Assembly: GCF_009914755.1 (NCBI RefSeq)
Contig: NC_060930.1
Source of the DNA: the human T2T-CHM13v2.0 reference genome, Homo sapiens
Direction: 5' to 3' (one strand)
DNA length: 64,000 nucleotides
The notes below the pieces were generated by a model. That model was not told the origin of the DNA, made no database searches, and saw only the letters and a program-made list of their open reading frames with translations. Within the stretch, counting starts at the first letter, position 1, and every line of letters starts with the position of its first letter. Shown here piece by piece: positions 1 to 15,382 of the stretch. The position numbers and the translations under genes were made by a program.

Positions 1-986
1 AGTGTGGGTAAAAAGGGAGAAGCGGCAGAGGATGAGATACTCCCTAGGTAGAGATCGTAAGCTCCTACTACTCACTTTGTATTCTCAGAGCTGCATATGC
101 AGGGGCACACAGTATGTGTGATCAGTTGTCCTCTAGCCTGAAAAAGAGCAATGGTGAGAAGTGCCCTAAAATTTCTCTCTGACTTTTGCAATACATGTGA
201 GTCTTATGGGTGAATATTGGTATGTGTGGTCATATTTTTCATAAATGAATGAAACCACATGGAAAAGATTAAACTTAGGAAGAACTGAAAAGTAGTCTGG
301 TTTCTTCATTCTGCCTGCCTGCTCAGAATGCTCCTTGTTTTCACACTGGTTATTGGGCATAGGTAATATCGCTTGAGACTGATACCTACCGGACTAAGCT
401 GAACCATTCAATTGTTTGCAGCTTCTCTAGGTAATGGGTAACATGGCATATCATTTAACTTACTGCTGAGACAAAGGAAAATGTTTGAATAAAGGGAACA
501 GAGATATGAATGTGTTAGCATTTTATCATATACTTTGCTTAGTTATGTTACTCTTGAAAACAAGATTTCAGGTAACTTACAGTATAATAACCATGTTTTT
601 ATTGTAGGTGGACAGAGGTGGATGGGAGGACAGGTTTAAAGAGAGATATTAGGGTACAGAAGGTTGCTTGGATGGTAATAGGCAGTTGCCTCAGTAAGAA
701 AATGGAAAGAGTTGAGAAAGGACACAGAGTTGATGACAGCTATCTCAGATTCAGTAAAAGGACAGTTGGGTGAGCAGAGAAGGTGATGTGGACAGGCTAG
801 TGGCAGGAGGAGGGACTGTAGAAAGTTGACATCCCAAATGACAGGCAAGGAAGGAAGTCAGATCAAGAGGCAGTAAGATGGCTAGGAAGCAAATAAATGG
901 TTTAAAACAAATGGTTTAATCTCTGAATGGTAGGTATACCAGTCAACCCCAAATGTCACCTCTCCCACTTCCTCCCTACCCCTCAG

Positions 987-1082
987 GAAAAACTGCAGAA
1001 GTGTCTGGAGCCCCTGGAACAGAAGCTGCAGGAGATCACTCGCTGCAAGTCCTCTGAGGAGAAGAAGCCTGGTGAGCTCAAG
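987..1082 (+). CDS. TRIM39: TRIM39 internal coding exon (96 nt, start of coiled coil; EKLQKCLEPLEQKLQEITRCKSSEEKKPGELK). The RING/B-box exon lies upstream of the window
   Basis: Pyrimidine-rich acceptor ...cctcag| at 986 and donor aag|gtaaag at 1083; phase 0/0; 96 nt is the typical size for this exon in B30.2-type TRIM genes. Confidence 0.95.
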
Positions 1083-1156
1083 GTAAAGGCAGGCAATCCC
1101 ATGTAGGCTGCTCTGAAGGGTATTTGCCTATGAGGGAATTAACTGTACACTATTTA

Positions 1157-1573
<417 letters not shown>

Positions 1574-3484
1574 TTAAATTACTTGTCATGAATTAAGTAT
1601 TAAGAGGGATTTAAGAGATGAAGAACAGACAGAATATCTTACATCTGGTGAGCTGAGAGAGTTCGTGCCTCTTGGTCTCCTTTTTTTGTTAAAGCAGCAA
1701 AGGAGGCTTTCTGCTGAGAAGGCAGGGATGGGAGTTTCTTAGAGGACTTGAAGAGAGGAGAATATGGAAGATTCACTGGGGAGAAAGGGAAAAGGAGCTG
1801 ACCAAGAGTCTCAGAAGAACTATCTAATGACATTAGGACCACATTCTTAAAACTCAAGTAAGCTTACATATGCTAGAATGTTCTCCCCCTCCCCATCCTC
1901 CACCATAGGATCTTATTCATCTCTCAGGCGGGATGAAAGCCACTTCCTATGCAGCCTTTCCTGACCCTTCAGAAATTAACATTCTTAATTTTCATACAAT
2001 TTTGCACCTCTTTTATAGCATTGCCTTATTTGTAGCATGGTATTTTGGTGTCTGTCTGTCTTCCATTGAACAGTGAACAATTATCATTTGTAGCAAAAAT
2101 AACTAGAATTGAGTCCTATGCATTAATTCATTAGGTATCCGTAACATTCCAGATTTATAGGGTTGTTAGGGTCTTAGAGTTCAGGCCAAATTGGGATAAG
2201 TGAGACATAGAAAAGCTACGAGAAAGAGACAGAAGGAAATCCTGAGGCCATCTTTAGTAAGATGTAGGGGTAAACCTAGATATTCTTTAAGGTAGGTATT
2301 ATTACCTTCAGCTTACACAGAAGGAAATGGACCTTGGGTAAGTGACTAGTCCAAGATCATAAAGCCAGTAAGTGGCAAAACCAGGAATACTAGTTCTTCG
2401 TGAATCAGTAAATATTTGTTAAGCTCCTGGTTTAGGCCAAACCCGGTATTTGACACTGGGGAACAATGATGAGCAAAAACACAGTTCCTGCCCTCCTTGA
2501 GCTTAAAGTTAAGTGGAGAAAATAAGTAATGGCACAAAATGCACAGCTGCAAGTTCATAAGAAGACAACATAGAAATTTGGCCTCATTAAAGGTTTCCCG
2601 AAGAAGTAATGAGTTTTTAAGAGTTGACATGTAGAGATCACCAGAAGCTAAATCCAAGTTTTGATTCATAGAAACATGAATTTTTAAATGAATGATAACA
2701 TTTCATCAGAAAGCAAGTATTATTACCTTAGTGCCTTATACATTTTAGCAAAGTAAGCATTTGAAATTTTAAAATTTGAACCAATTTTGGTTAGAAATGT
2801 GAACTTTTAAAGTTTTTTGTTCTTTTAGAGGCCTTCCAAGAAACCTAAAAATATGAAAATGGTGCTTATTGCTAGTCATTAACTTTCTTCTTCATGTTGA
2901 TCACCTTCTTGAAGGTAAAGGATGGAGAGAGAAATATACCTTTTTAAAACCTTCTAAATGCTTGAACAGAACTGTCCTGTTTTTTAAACTGTAAATTGTC
3001 ATTTCAGTGGTCTCCAAAACTACCACCAACATTCCTCTTGTGACCATTTGAATTCTCCCTCCTTCTCCCTCATCAGACTCAATGCCCCTTTAAAAAATAA
3101 TTTGTAATTATGCTGAACTGAAAATTACAGGTAATATAACCTATGTGCATAATGTTAAATTTTAAAGAGTCTATCATGTCCAAATATAATATAATGAAAC
3201 ATAATTGATGATAAAATGTGGTATGTAATATTTGGGCATGACTACCCTGAACGACTTTACAGTGTAGCTGGTTATATGCTTGCCCCTATATGTGTCATTA
3301 TCAGCAACGCCATAAATACAAATTCAGACTGAGATGGATGTGTGCCAATATGATTGAAATACCATAAGTAGCTTAGCTCTTGGTGATATGATTTTTCATA
3401 GTAATAACTTTTGGTAAAGTTCTAAGTATAACAATATAATCTTGGGTTTTATTCAGCTATTGCTGAAAAATTCACGTATAGTAA

Positions 3485-3868
<384 letters not shown>

Positions 3869-4944
3869 CCCAGGCCTGTGTTTTTGAATATCCAGCAGAA
3901 CATTAGAAAATGTTGCAGGTCAGTTCACTATGCCGGATTGTCTCACACATTGGAGGAGTGCTTGCGTCATTGTCAGGAACTTCCCCAACCATGGAAAACA
4001 AGAAGATGTGCCTATTTCCAAAATATCCTTAGAGTGTGTTAACAGCTTCATCAAGAACCACTGCCCTAAAATATAGAGTGAAAAAAAGAGAAAAGATTAC
4101 CGGTTTATAAGAGGAAGGGCCTTTTTGCTTCCTATTTATCACAGTCATGAATGTTAAACTTACACCCATACCTAAACAAACACACATGCATGCACACACA
4201 TGTGCAAACACACACACACAAAGGCTGTGTTTTATTGAGGGCAAATGTGAGAATATATTTTGTTCAGATGTACACTGAGAAGGCAGTGGTGGAAAGTGAA
4301 GCAGCAAGTGGCCCTAAACTAGAAGAGCTAGTCAGCCTCTGCCAGGAACTAGCTTGAATCCACAAATGCCACGCTTGTCAGGCCCATCCTGGCTTTGCAT
4401 CCCCACTCTCTCTCCACCCTCAAGCCTGCCTTTCATTCCCTATCCACTTCCTTCTAGAGTCCCAGTCTCTGCTTCTCACTTTGCTTCATCATCAGTCACA
4501 TGATGCTTGGGGAATTCTTTCTTTAGGGAGATCACTATTTGTTGTAGTGGAGATGCAGAAGAGAGGATGTGCTGATAATTCTCAGAAAGTGTTATGGCTG
4601 GTGTTTGAGTCCTATATTATCAAATTTCAGGAATGTTAGAGGCTTAAGTCTGTGTGCTGGCTTAAAGAAAGCATGTTTCAAATTTCAAGAAACTAAATTA
4701 CTAACAAACTTCTGTAACCTGTTCCTGGGGTAGGAATTGCCAGTTCTCTGAAGTGACTTGAAACAATTTAACAAGTTCAGCCCTGAAATCTACATATGTA
4801 TATTTTATAATAACCCATATAACTCTTACTGATTCTTACACTTTCCCAGTTCTCTGGTTTTTATCTGGTGCATGTGTTGCAATATGCAAAGGATGACAAT
4901 CTTATTTTTAACTTTTTATTATTTGTACTTTCCTTTTTGTTTCG

Positions 4945-5232
4945 TTGTTTTTTGTTTGCTTGTTTTGAGACAGAATCTCACTCACCCAGGCTGGAGGGCA
5001 GTAGTGATCACAGCACACTAACTCAAACTCCAGTGTTCAGGCCATCCATCCTCTTGATTCTTTTTGAGTAGCTAGGACTGCAGATGTGCATTGCCATGCC
5101 CGACTAATTTTTTTTTCTTTTTAGTTGAAACAAGGTCTCACTATGTTTCCTAGGTTGGTCTTGGCCTCAAGTGATCCTCTCACCTGGGCCTCCTAAGCAC
5201 TAAGTTTACAGGCATGAGCCACCATGCTGAGC
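4945..5232 (-). mobile_element. Old Alu (AluJ-like)
   Basis: Diverged antisense Alu consensus. Confidence 0.85.
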
Positions 5233-5457
5233 CTATACTTTCCTTTTCTCGACAGATTGAATTAACTAGAACTTTACAGTTGATAATAACACAGATATCT
5301 CTGATATCTGTAATAGTTAATGTCATCATATTATTGAGTTCTTTATCTTAAATTAAAACAAATATATATATCCGCAGTGGTCTTCACTACCAAGTCATCA
5401 GTAGGGGGGTGATAGTGATGGAGCCATTCTTTACAGAAGGAAATTCCAATGGAATAA

Positions 5458-5833
<376 letters not shown>

Positions 5834-5955
5834 TTTGTTAAACCATTTTCAATGAAACTGGAAGTCTGTGTTAATTCATACATATGGTGGGTGAGAGAAA
5901 GGCTTCCTTATACCACACTGACCCTGCTGATACAACATCTTCCCTCTCTTCTCAG

Positions 5956-6186
5956 AGACTAGTGGAAAGTCGCCGACAGCAGATCTTGAGGGAGTTTGAA
6001 GAGCTTCATAGGCGGCTGGATGAAGAGCAGCAGGTGTTGCTTTCACGACTGGAAGAAGAGGAACAGGACATTCTGCAGCGACTCCGAGAAAATGCTGCTC
6101 ACCTTGGGGACAAGCGCCGGGACCTGGCCCACTTGGCTGCCGAGGTGGAGGGCAAGTGCTTACAGTCAGGCTTCGAGATGCTTAAG
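5956..6186 (+). CDS. TRIM39: TRIM39 coiled-coil exon (231 nt; RLVESRRQQILREFEELH...SGFEMLK)
   Basis: Acceptor tctcttctcag|, donor aag|gttcga; canonical 231-nt TRIM exon; lies within ORF 5884..6222. Confidence 0.95.
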
Positions 6187-6575
6187 GTTCGACCTTTGCC
6201 CCTGCATAGCCCCTCAGGCTGAGTGCAGCGTAGCTTTGCGTAGCCTGGGATTTGTCAGCCTGGGATACTCATTCTTCTGCTCTCCTTCTCTAAATCCAGT
6301 TCTTTCTGCCAGGTGTACTCAAAGGGTCTTTGCTACGGAAAAGTGATTTCTCCCATCCCCTTCTAACCATTTTTGTGTTCTTATCTCTGGTCAGCAATTA
6401 TGTGCTTAATCTGTTCCAAAGAAAAGATTCATTCTTTTGAAAGGAGGGAAGTCTAGCCTGAGTTAGTGAAAAACTATGCATTAAAAATTTTGTAAATGCA
6501 GTTACCATTACTTTTAAGTCCTGAAATTTGATTTATGTACTGCTGAAAAAGGACAGAAACATAGTTTAAAGGATA

Positions 6576-9011
<2,436 letters not shown>

Positions 9012-9361
9012 AAATTGTTTAAATAATATATTGCTTTTGATATGTATATATTAATAATACCTCTAAAGTGTTTGAAATATTTTGTTCTCTTACGTAAATG
9101 AATGGTGTTAGCAAAACTAGGGAACATATTTTTTATCTTAGAGATTAGATTACCAGCATTTGAAGCAGTGAGGCTTCATTGTACATTTATTTTTATGTTA
9201 CGTATTGCTTGGTATTTGTTCCTATGGCCTTTCATGTATGTGTGTTCTGCCTTCCATATTAAACTGGGAAATCCTTGTGGGACAGAGATTTGTCTTCTTT
9301 GTCTTCTGGACCCCAAGTATTCACAAATCAGTATTAGCACACAGTTATTAATGTGTTTATT

Positions 9362-9659
9362 CTTCCTTTTTTTTTTTTCTGAGAGAGTCTTGCTCTGTCG
9401 CCCAGGCTGGAGTGCAGTGCATGATCTCGGCTCACTGCAACCTTTGCCTCCTGTGTTCAAGCGATTCTCCTGCCTCAGCCTCCTGAGTAGCTGGGGTTAC
9501 AGGCGCACACCACCACACCTGGCTAATTTTTGTATTTTTAGTAAAGACAGGGTTTCACCATGTTGGCTAGGCTGGTCTTGAACTCCTGACCTCAAGTGAT
9601 CCACCCGTCTTGGCCTCCCAAAGCGCTCAGATTACAGGCGTGAGCTACTGTGCCCAGCC
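9362..9659 (-). mobile_element. Alu (AluS-like)
   Basis: Antisense Alu; TSD cagttatt(a/g)atgt. Confidence 0.93.
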
Positions 9660-10118
9660 AGTTATTGATGTTTATTAACTAATGCAAGACAGGGGATACC
9701 AAACCGTAACAGGAATGTGTGATTTGTTCCTATGCCACCAGTCTGGAACTCTCTGTACTTATCCTCAAGGAGAGTGAGATATGTGGTTGGTACTTGGGGG
9801 ACAGAGTAAAGAATTGATACAATCCCTGTCCCTTATAGGGAGCTCCCAGCATCCTTGAGGAGCAAAGACAAGCATAAAAGAAATCATTGGGAAGTGATAT
9901 AAATGACCAAGCTTCATGATGACCAGAAGTTGAAAGTAGGGATTAGGTTGGGAGAAGTGCATTCAGGTCCCGCTGGAGCTCTTCTTGCACTGTGTGACCC
10001 TCAGTTTATCCTATCCCTATTTTATAGCTGTGGAACTTTGGGGAGGAGGGGGAACCTTTTGCCTTCAGGACCACTGAATACCAGGACCAATATTGCTTTC
10101 TTTTCTCCTTCCTTCTAG

Positions 10119-10141
10119 GATGTCAAAAGTACCCTGGAAAA
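10119..10141 (+). CDS. TRIM39: TRIM39 23-nt micro-exon (DVKSTLEK)
   Basis: Long pyrimidine tract + tag| acceptor and donor |gtaagt; a 23-nt exon is typical of this TRIM class. Confidence 0.93.
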
Positions 10142-10482
10142 GTAAGTGATTGTTGTATCTCTCTGAGTGAGTTAGGTCTTGGCTTAGAGAGGAGGGGTAC
10201 AGTCAGGAGTTTGGGTTGGGGGTGAGGTTGGGAAAGTCATGTAGTGTGTCTGGGCAGGGTATGGGAGAATGTTCATTGTGCCCATGAAGCCAGTTAGAGA
10301 ACAAATTATTGGGAATAATAATCCCTTTTCCCCTTTGAACATCAGGACTTCTTGAGAAGGAGAATGATAAGGTAGAATCAGATTCTACTTGTGCCAGTGG
10401 GTGGAATTGTGTCCAAACAAGATGGCAGGAGGAAGGGGTTGGGAGAGCAGGGAGGGCAATCATCCATTTGCATGAAATACAG

Positions 10483-10572
10483 GAATATTCCTAGAAAGTT
10501 CGGAGGCTCACTCTCAACGATCTGTCCACGGGATCATAAGGCTCTCCTTGGATTAGTAAAAGAAATCAACAG
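10483..10572 (+). CDS. TRIM39: TRIM39 alternative 90-nt cassette exon (NIPRKFGGSLSTICPRDHKALLGLVKEINR)
   Basis: tacag| ... cag|gtgagc; phase 2/2 and frame-preserving; fits the recalled 30-aa difference between long and short TRIM39 isoforms. Confidence 0.85.
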
Positions 10573-10715
10573 GTGAGCTTTTCAGGGAGGAGGAAGAAAG
10601 TGGGAAGATGGAGAATTTTAATTTCTCCCTAAAAATGTTAACATCTGAATAGTCACTTGGCTGGAGCTTCTCCCTAACCCTGCCCTTTCTTCCCCTATCT
10701 CCCTATCCCTCCTAG

Positions 10716-10831
10716 ATGTGAAAAGGTGAAGACCATGGAGGTGACTTCAGTATCCATAGAGCTGGAAAAGAACTTCAGCAATTTTCCCCGACAGTACTTT
10801 GCCCTAAGGAAAATCCTTAAACAGCTAATTG
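10716..10831 (+). CDS. TRIM39: TRIM39 116-nt linker exon (CEKVKTMEVTSVSIELEKNFSNFPRQYFALRKILKQLI)
   Basis: Acceptor ccctcctag|, donor g|gtgagt; phase 2/1 fits both neighbours. Confidence 0.93.
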
Positions 10832-11030
10832 GTGAGTTGTTCCCAAAAGGAAACTAGAAGAAACCACTAGAGAGAAGAAAGTTTTTAGGTCCTACCTTAT
10901 ATGGGTTTCAGTTATCCTATGTCTCACTTTTCTTACTCCCACACACACCTACCCCTTTATCTGGCTTTTAGTCTCACCCTGAGTCACAGAACTTGGAGTG
11001 AGAGGAAGCCTTAAGCGTTATCTACTCTTA

Positions 11031-11462
<432 letters not shown>

Positions 11463-11922
11463 TTAATGTGAATATGCAGGGAAAATAGTCATAAACCAGG
11501 CCAGTTCCTGGAAAACACACATGGTCACCCTATCCCTAGACCATATGCTGTCTTGCTCGGCATCCTTCTTAACACTTTCCGTTTTTTTCTGCCCCTCAGA
11601 CTACACCTTGTACTTCTCTACATAGTGAGATAAATGATAATGTCAGAGGGAGATGAAGAGAGGACCAGGCGGGAACCTAGATTACCAGCCACTGCAGACT
11701 CAAGAGATTATTATCTGTTTACTTTAGGGTCAGGGTGAGAAGTGAGCCATTGCTTTCTCCCCTTCCTTAGGTGACACCATGGATTGAGAAAGTTAACCAA
11801 ACCAGGTTGTTCTGGGGACCTTTAAGGGACCAGGCTCTGTAAAGGCAGGCTGGAAGAGTGAGGCAGGGGCATTTAGCTATTCCCATCCTCATCTAGCTCC
11901 CCACTCTGGCTTCTCCCGCCAG

Positions 11923-12470
11923 CGGATGTGACCCTGGACCCTGAGACAGCTCATCCTAACCTAGTCCTGTCAGAGGATCGTAAGAGCGTCAAGTTCGTGG
12001 AGACAAGACTCCGGGATCTCCCTGACACACCAAGGCGTTTCACCTTCTACCCTTGCGTCCTGGCTACTGAGGGTTTCACCTCAGGTCGACACTACTGGGA
12101 GGTGGAGGTGGGCGACAAGACCCACTGGGCAGTGGGTGTATGCCGGGACTCCGTGAGCCGAAAGGGCGAGTTGACTCCACTCCCTGAGACTGGCTACTGG
12201 CGGGTGCGGCTATGGAATGGGGACAAATATGCAGCCACCACCACACCTTTTACCCCTTTGCACATCAAGGTGAAACCCAAGCGGGTAGGCATATTCCTAG
12301 ACTATGAGGCCGGCACACTGTCTTTCTACAATGTCACAGACCGCTCTCATATCTACACCTTCACTGATACTTTTACTGAGAAACTTTGGCCCCTCTTCTA
12401 CCCAGGCATCCGGGCTGGACGGAAGAATGCTGCACCACTTACCATCAGGCCCCCAACAGATTGGGAGTGA
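11923..12470 (+). CDS. TRIM39: TRIM39 last coding exon, PRY/SPRY (B30.2) domain
   Basis: Acceptor ttctcccgccag|; B30.2 motifs LDPETAHP, GRHYWEVEV, VGIFLDYEAG; stop TGA at 12468-12470. Confidence 0.97.
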
Positions 12471-13950
12471 CAGGTTGGGATGTGGGAATGACTGGGGTGA
12501 GGCAGGGTCAAGTGCTACGGGCCTCCTTCCCGTGTCCTGCTGGAACGTCTTCGTGTCCACCTGGGTCCAGTCCTGAATCATCTTGGAGAAACACCTTGGT
12601 TTCTAGGATGGTTTTGTGTGGAGGGGGAGGTAGGACTGGGCTGGATGAGAGAGCACAGCTGTGACTTCCTCCTAACTGTCAGGGTGGGGAGCTGGTTCCC
12701 AGAGGATTGTCTACCCTGAAGTCCATCAGGTTTTCTGTTGCACAAGGACGGGTCAGGAAGGAAGGAGAGGCTTTTCCAGAAACAAAAAATCTGTGAGGGT
12801 CTGACTTGCTCAAACCAGAGGAGGAAACAGAAACCCCTGCACATCTTTTTAGGGGGTTCTTTGACCCAGGATAGTCTTGCTTCTTGAGGTAGATCACAGG
12901 GGTCTGTGTACCTCTGAATTCATGAGAGATGAATGACAGATGCTCTCATGGGTCTAGATATTGAGGAGTTTTTCTGAGGGCAGAGATTGGACATCAACAA
13001 GGCTAGAAGGGTCAGGGAAGTGGGCTAAAGGAACAGATTCCTAGAGATTAATGAAGAGGAGGGAGGTTTCTTTGGTCTTCTATTCCAAGGGTAAGGTTGC
13101 GATTATGGGTAAGATTGGCCAGAGGTAGGAATGTGGGGAGAAGGAGAGGCTGAAAAGAAAGCAGAGGAGAACCCAGGTCCCTGCCTCAGCCTTCAGCAGA
13201 GTTGGCTTATTGCCTGCCTCTATACCAATAAGTCAGTCACCTTGCTCCTCTCCAGAGGCAAAGTGGAAGAGATCCTGCAAGACACATCTATCCTTTCACA
13301 GTGTTCCCAAGGGAACTTGGAAAGGAGAGTCAGGTATTAGAGGAAAGAGAAGGGTATTTGTATACAAAGCCCTGGCCTTAAAGAATGTTACTTAGTAGCT
13401 ACTCCCAAATTGTCAGCCTTCTTACCTGGCCAAGGTGTCCAAGCCAGAAAGGAAAAAAGGTTATGGAGTCTTTCTCACCCTAAGGACAGGGTGGAAGAGG
13501 GTGGTATATAGGGAAGGGCCAGATAGGCAACTTCATTTGGCTTGTGTGCATCTGGCCTGGAACTGGTGTTAAGCCAGGCTTTTGCTTGTTTGTTGCCATC
13601 CCTCACCCTTTGCCATTTCCCTTTTCAGAGAATGTAAATGATTTTCATGTTAGGCCAAAATAAACAACTTATAGGGTACATATGTTGTCATAAAAGGTAA
13701 AAGTGATGCATGCCAAACCAAACTAAACCAATTTGGATTATCTGCTATTCGGGTAATCTTCACAGAAATGACTGAGAGAAGAATCTGCAGTTTACTGAGG
13801 GCATTTCAGTTCCTCCTACCACCTCAACAGGACTTTGTCCAGACTCTCCTCCTCTTACCTTTGTGCCTTGACTGTGGTTCTTTGTGGCAAGATACTTTGG
13901 TTGGTTAAAATAATATGGAACAAAGGATCCACTGAAGTGATCTCTGTGTT
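12471..13950 (+). other. TRIM39: TRIM39 3' UTR (end approximate)
   Basis: Follows the stop codon; AATAAA at 13659-13664; GU-rich stretch near 13945. Confidence 0.6.
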
Positions 13951-14071
13951 GTGTGGTAATTTGGTGACAGCCTTGTACTGATGTGTAAGAATCACTGGGT
14001 GTTAGACATGCATGTTCCTGGGTCTCACCCTTAGTGGTTAGTCAAGGTCTGGGGTGGGCCGGACATCTACA

Positions 14072-14362
14072 TTTTATTTATGAGACAGAGTCTCGTTCTG
14101 TCGCCCAGGCTGGAGTACAGTGGTGATCTCAGCTCACTGCAACCTCCGCCTCCCAGGTTCAAGCAATTCTCCTGCCTCAGCCTCCAGAGTAGCTGGGATT
14201 ACTATGGACTATAGCCATGCACCACCACACCCGGCTAATTTTAGTGGAGACAGGGTTTTGCCATGTTGGACAGGCTGGTCTCGAACTCCTGAACTCAAGT
14301 AATCTACCTGCCTCAGCCACTCAAAGTGCTAGGATTACAGGTGTGAGCCACCGTGCCCAGCC
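14072..14362 (-). mobile_element. Alu between TRIM39 and RPP21
   Basis: Antisense Alu; TSD tctacatttt. Confidence 0.9.
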
Positions 14363-15109
14363 TACCTCTACATTTTAAACACACCACTCTCATTTGAGTC
14401 CGAAAACCCTTGTGAAACTAGTTCCAGAGGAGGTTTCAGCCATGTCCTTCCTCCCAGCTGGAGCCCTGCTTGTCTGTCCCCGCCTGGCACTGGGTCTGAA
14501 ATTGGAGAGAAGTCATCCTCTCCTGACTTATGCTGCCCTCCCCATCTCAGGGTTCATTGATCTTCTACCCCTCCAATTCATGTCCCTCTGCTTCTGACTT
14601 CAGTAACTGATAGTCACTATGAGTCACAGGACACCAGACAGAAGAACTGGAAGATAGAAGAGGTCAGAGGGAGGGGTGTGAGGTGAATGTCAGTGTGGGG
14701 AGTGGGGTGAAGTTTCAGGGGCAGGGGATGCTGTTGACAGATTTCTGTGCTGTACCTAAGCCTAGGAGTTAGAAACCATTCACTCAGAAAGTGAGGATCA
14801 CCTACTGTGTGTCCAGCACTGCATAACAGGAAGTGTGTTTCTTTGGTAGGTGGAATAGTAGGAGTAAACTGTGCTTTCTGAGGACCGGGAGTCCTTTTCC
14901 CTCCCTCCAGCACCCTCATGATCCTTCCCACTTTCACCCCCACTGGCACCAGTGCTTTTTTTTAATGTATTACCTCTGTGCCTTCCGTCTGTAGATCTTA
15001 CAGGCATCTGCCTCGGACCTCAGGAGAGTAGGGCAGAAGCTCTAGCTGGGTATAAATTGCACATAACCATCTCCCCAACGTAGCTACATAAAGAGACCAG
15101 CCTTCTGTC

Positions 15110-15382
15110 CTGAAAATGGCCGATTTAAGATCCTCACCTGCTCCACTAGGTCTCTAGGTGATATAATTGGTCATGAGCTTGAGGAAGACAAAAGCACTGA
15201 AAATTCATAAAGGGACCCTGGGCATGGATTGCTGGGGTTGTGTTTAGAAACCGATGAGTTTGTGAGGCCTCCGGGAGGCTCCCGAGGGCGCGGGGACTAC
15301 GTTTCCCAGGAGGCCTCGCGCGGACGCCCGGGCGGGGCTGTGCGAGGGGTGGGGCTGCGGGAGGCCCTGGAGCGCGGCGGTG
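15110..15382 (+). promoter_or_regulatory. RPP21: RPP21 TATA-less CpG-island promoter: ZNF143/Staf site (15294-15315), GC boxes (15330-15354), YY1-like AAAATGGCCG (15113-15122)
   Basis: ggACTACgtTTCCCAGgaGGC matches the ZNF143 SBS consensus; GGGCGGGG and GGGGTGGGG present; high CpG density to ~15900. Confidence 0.75.
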
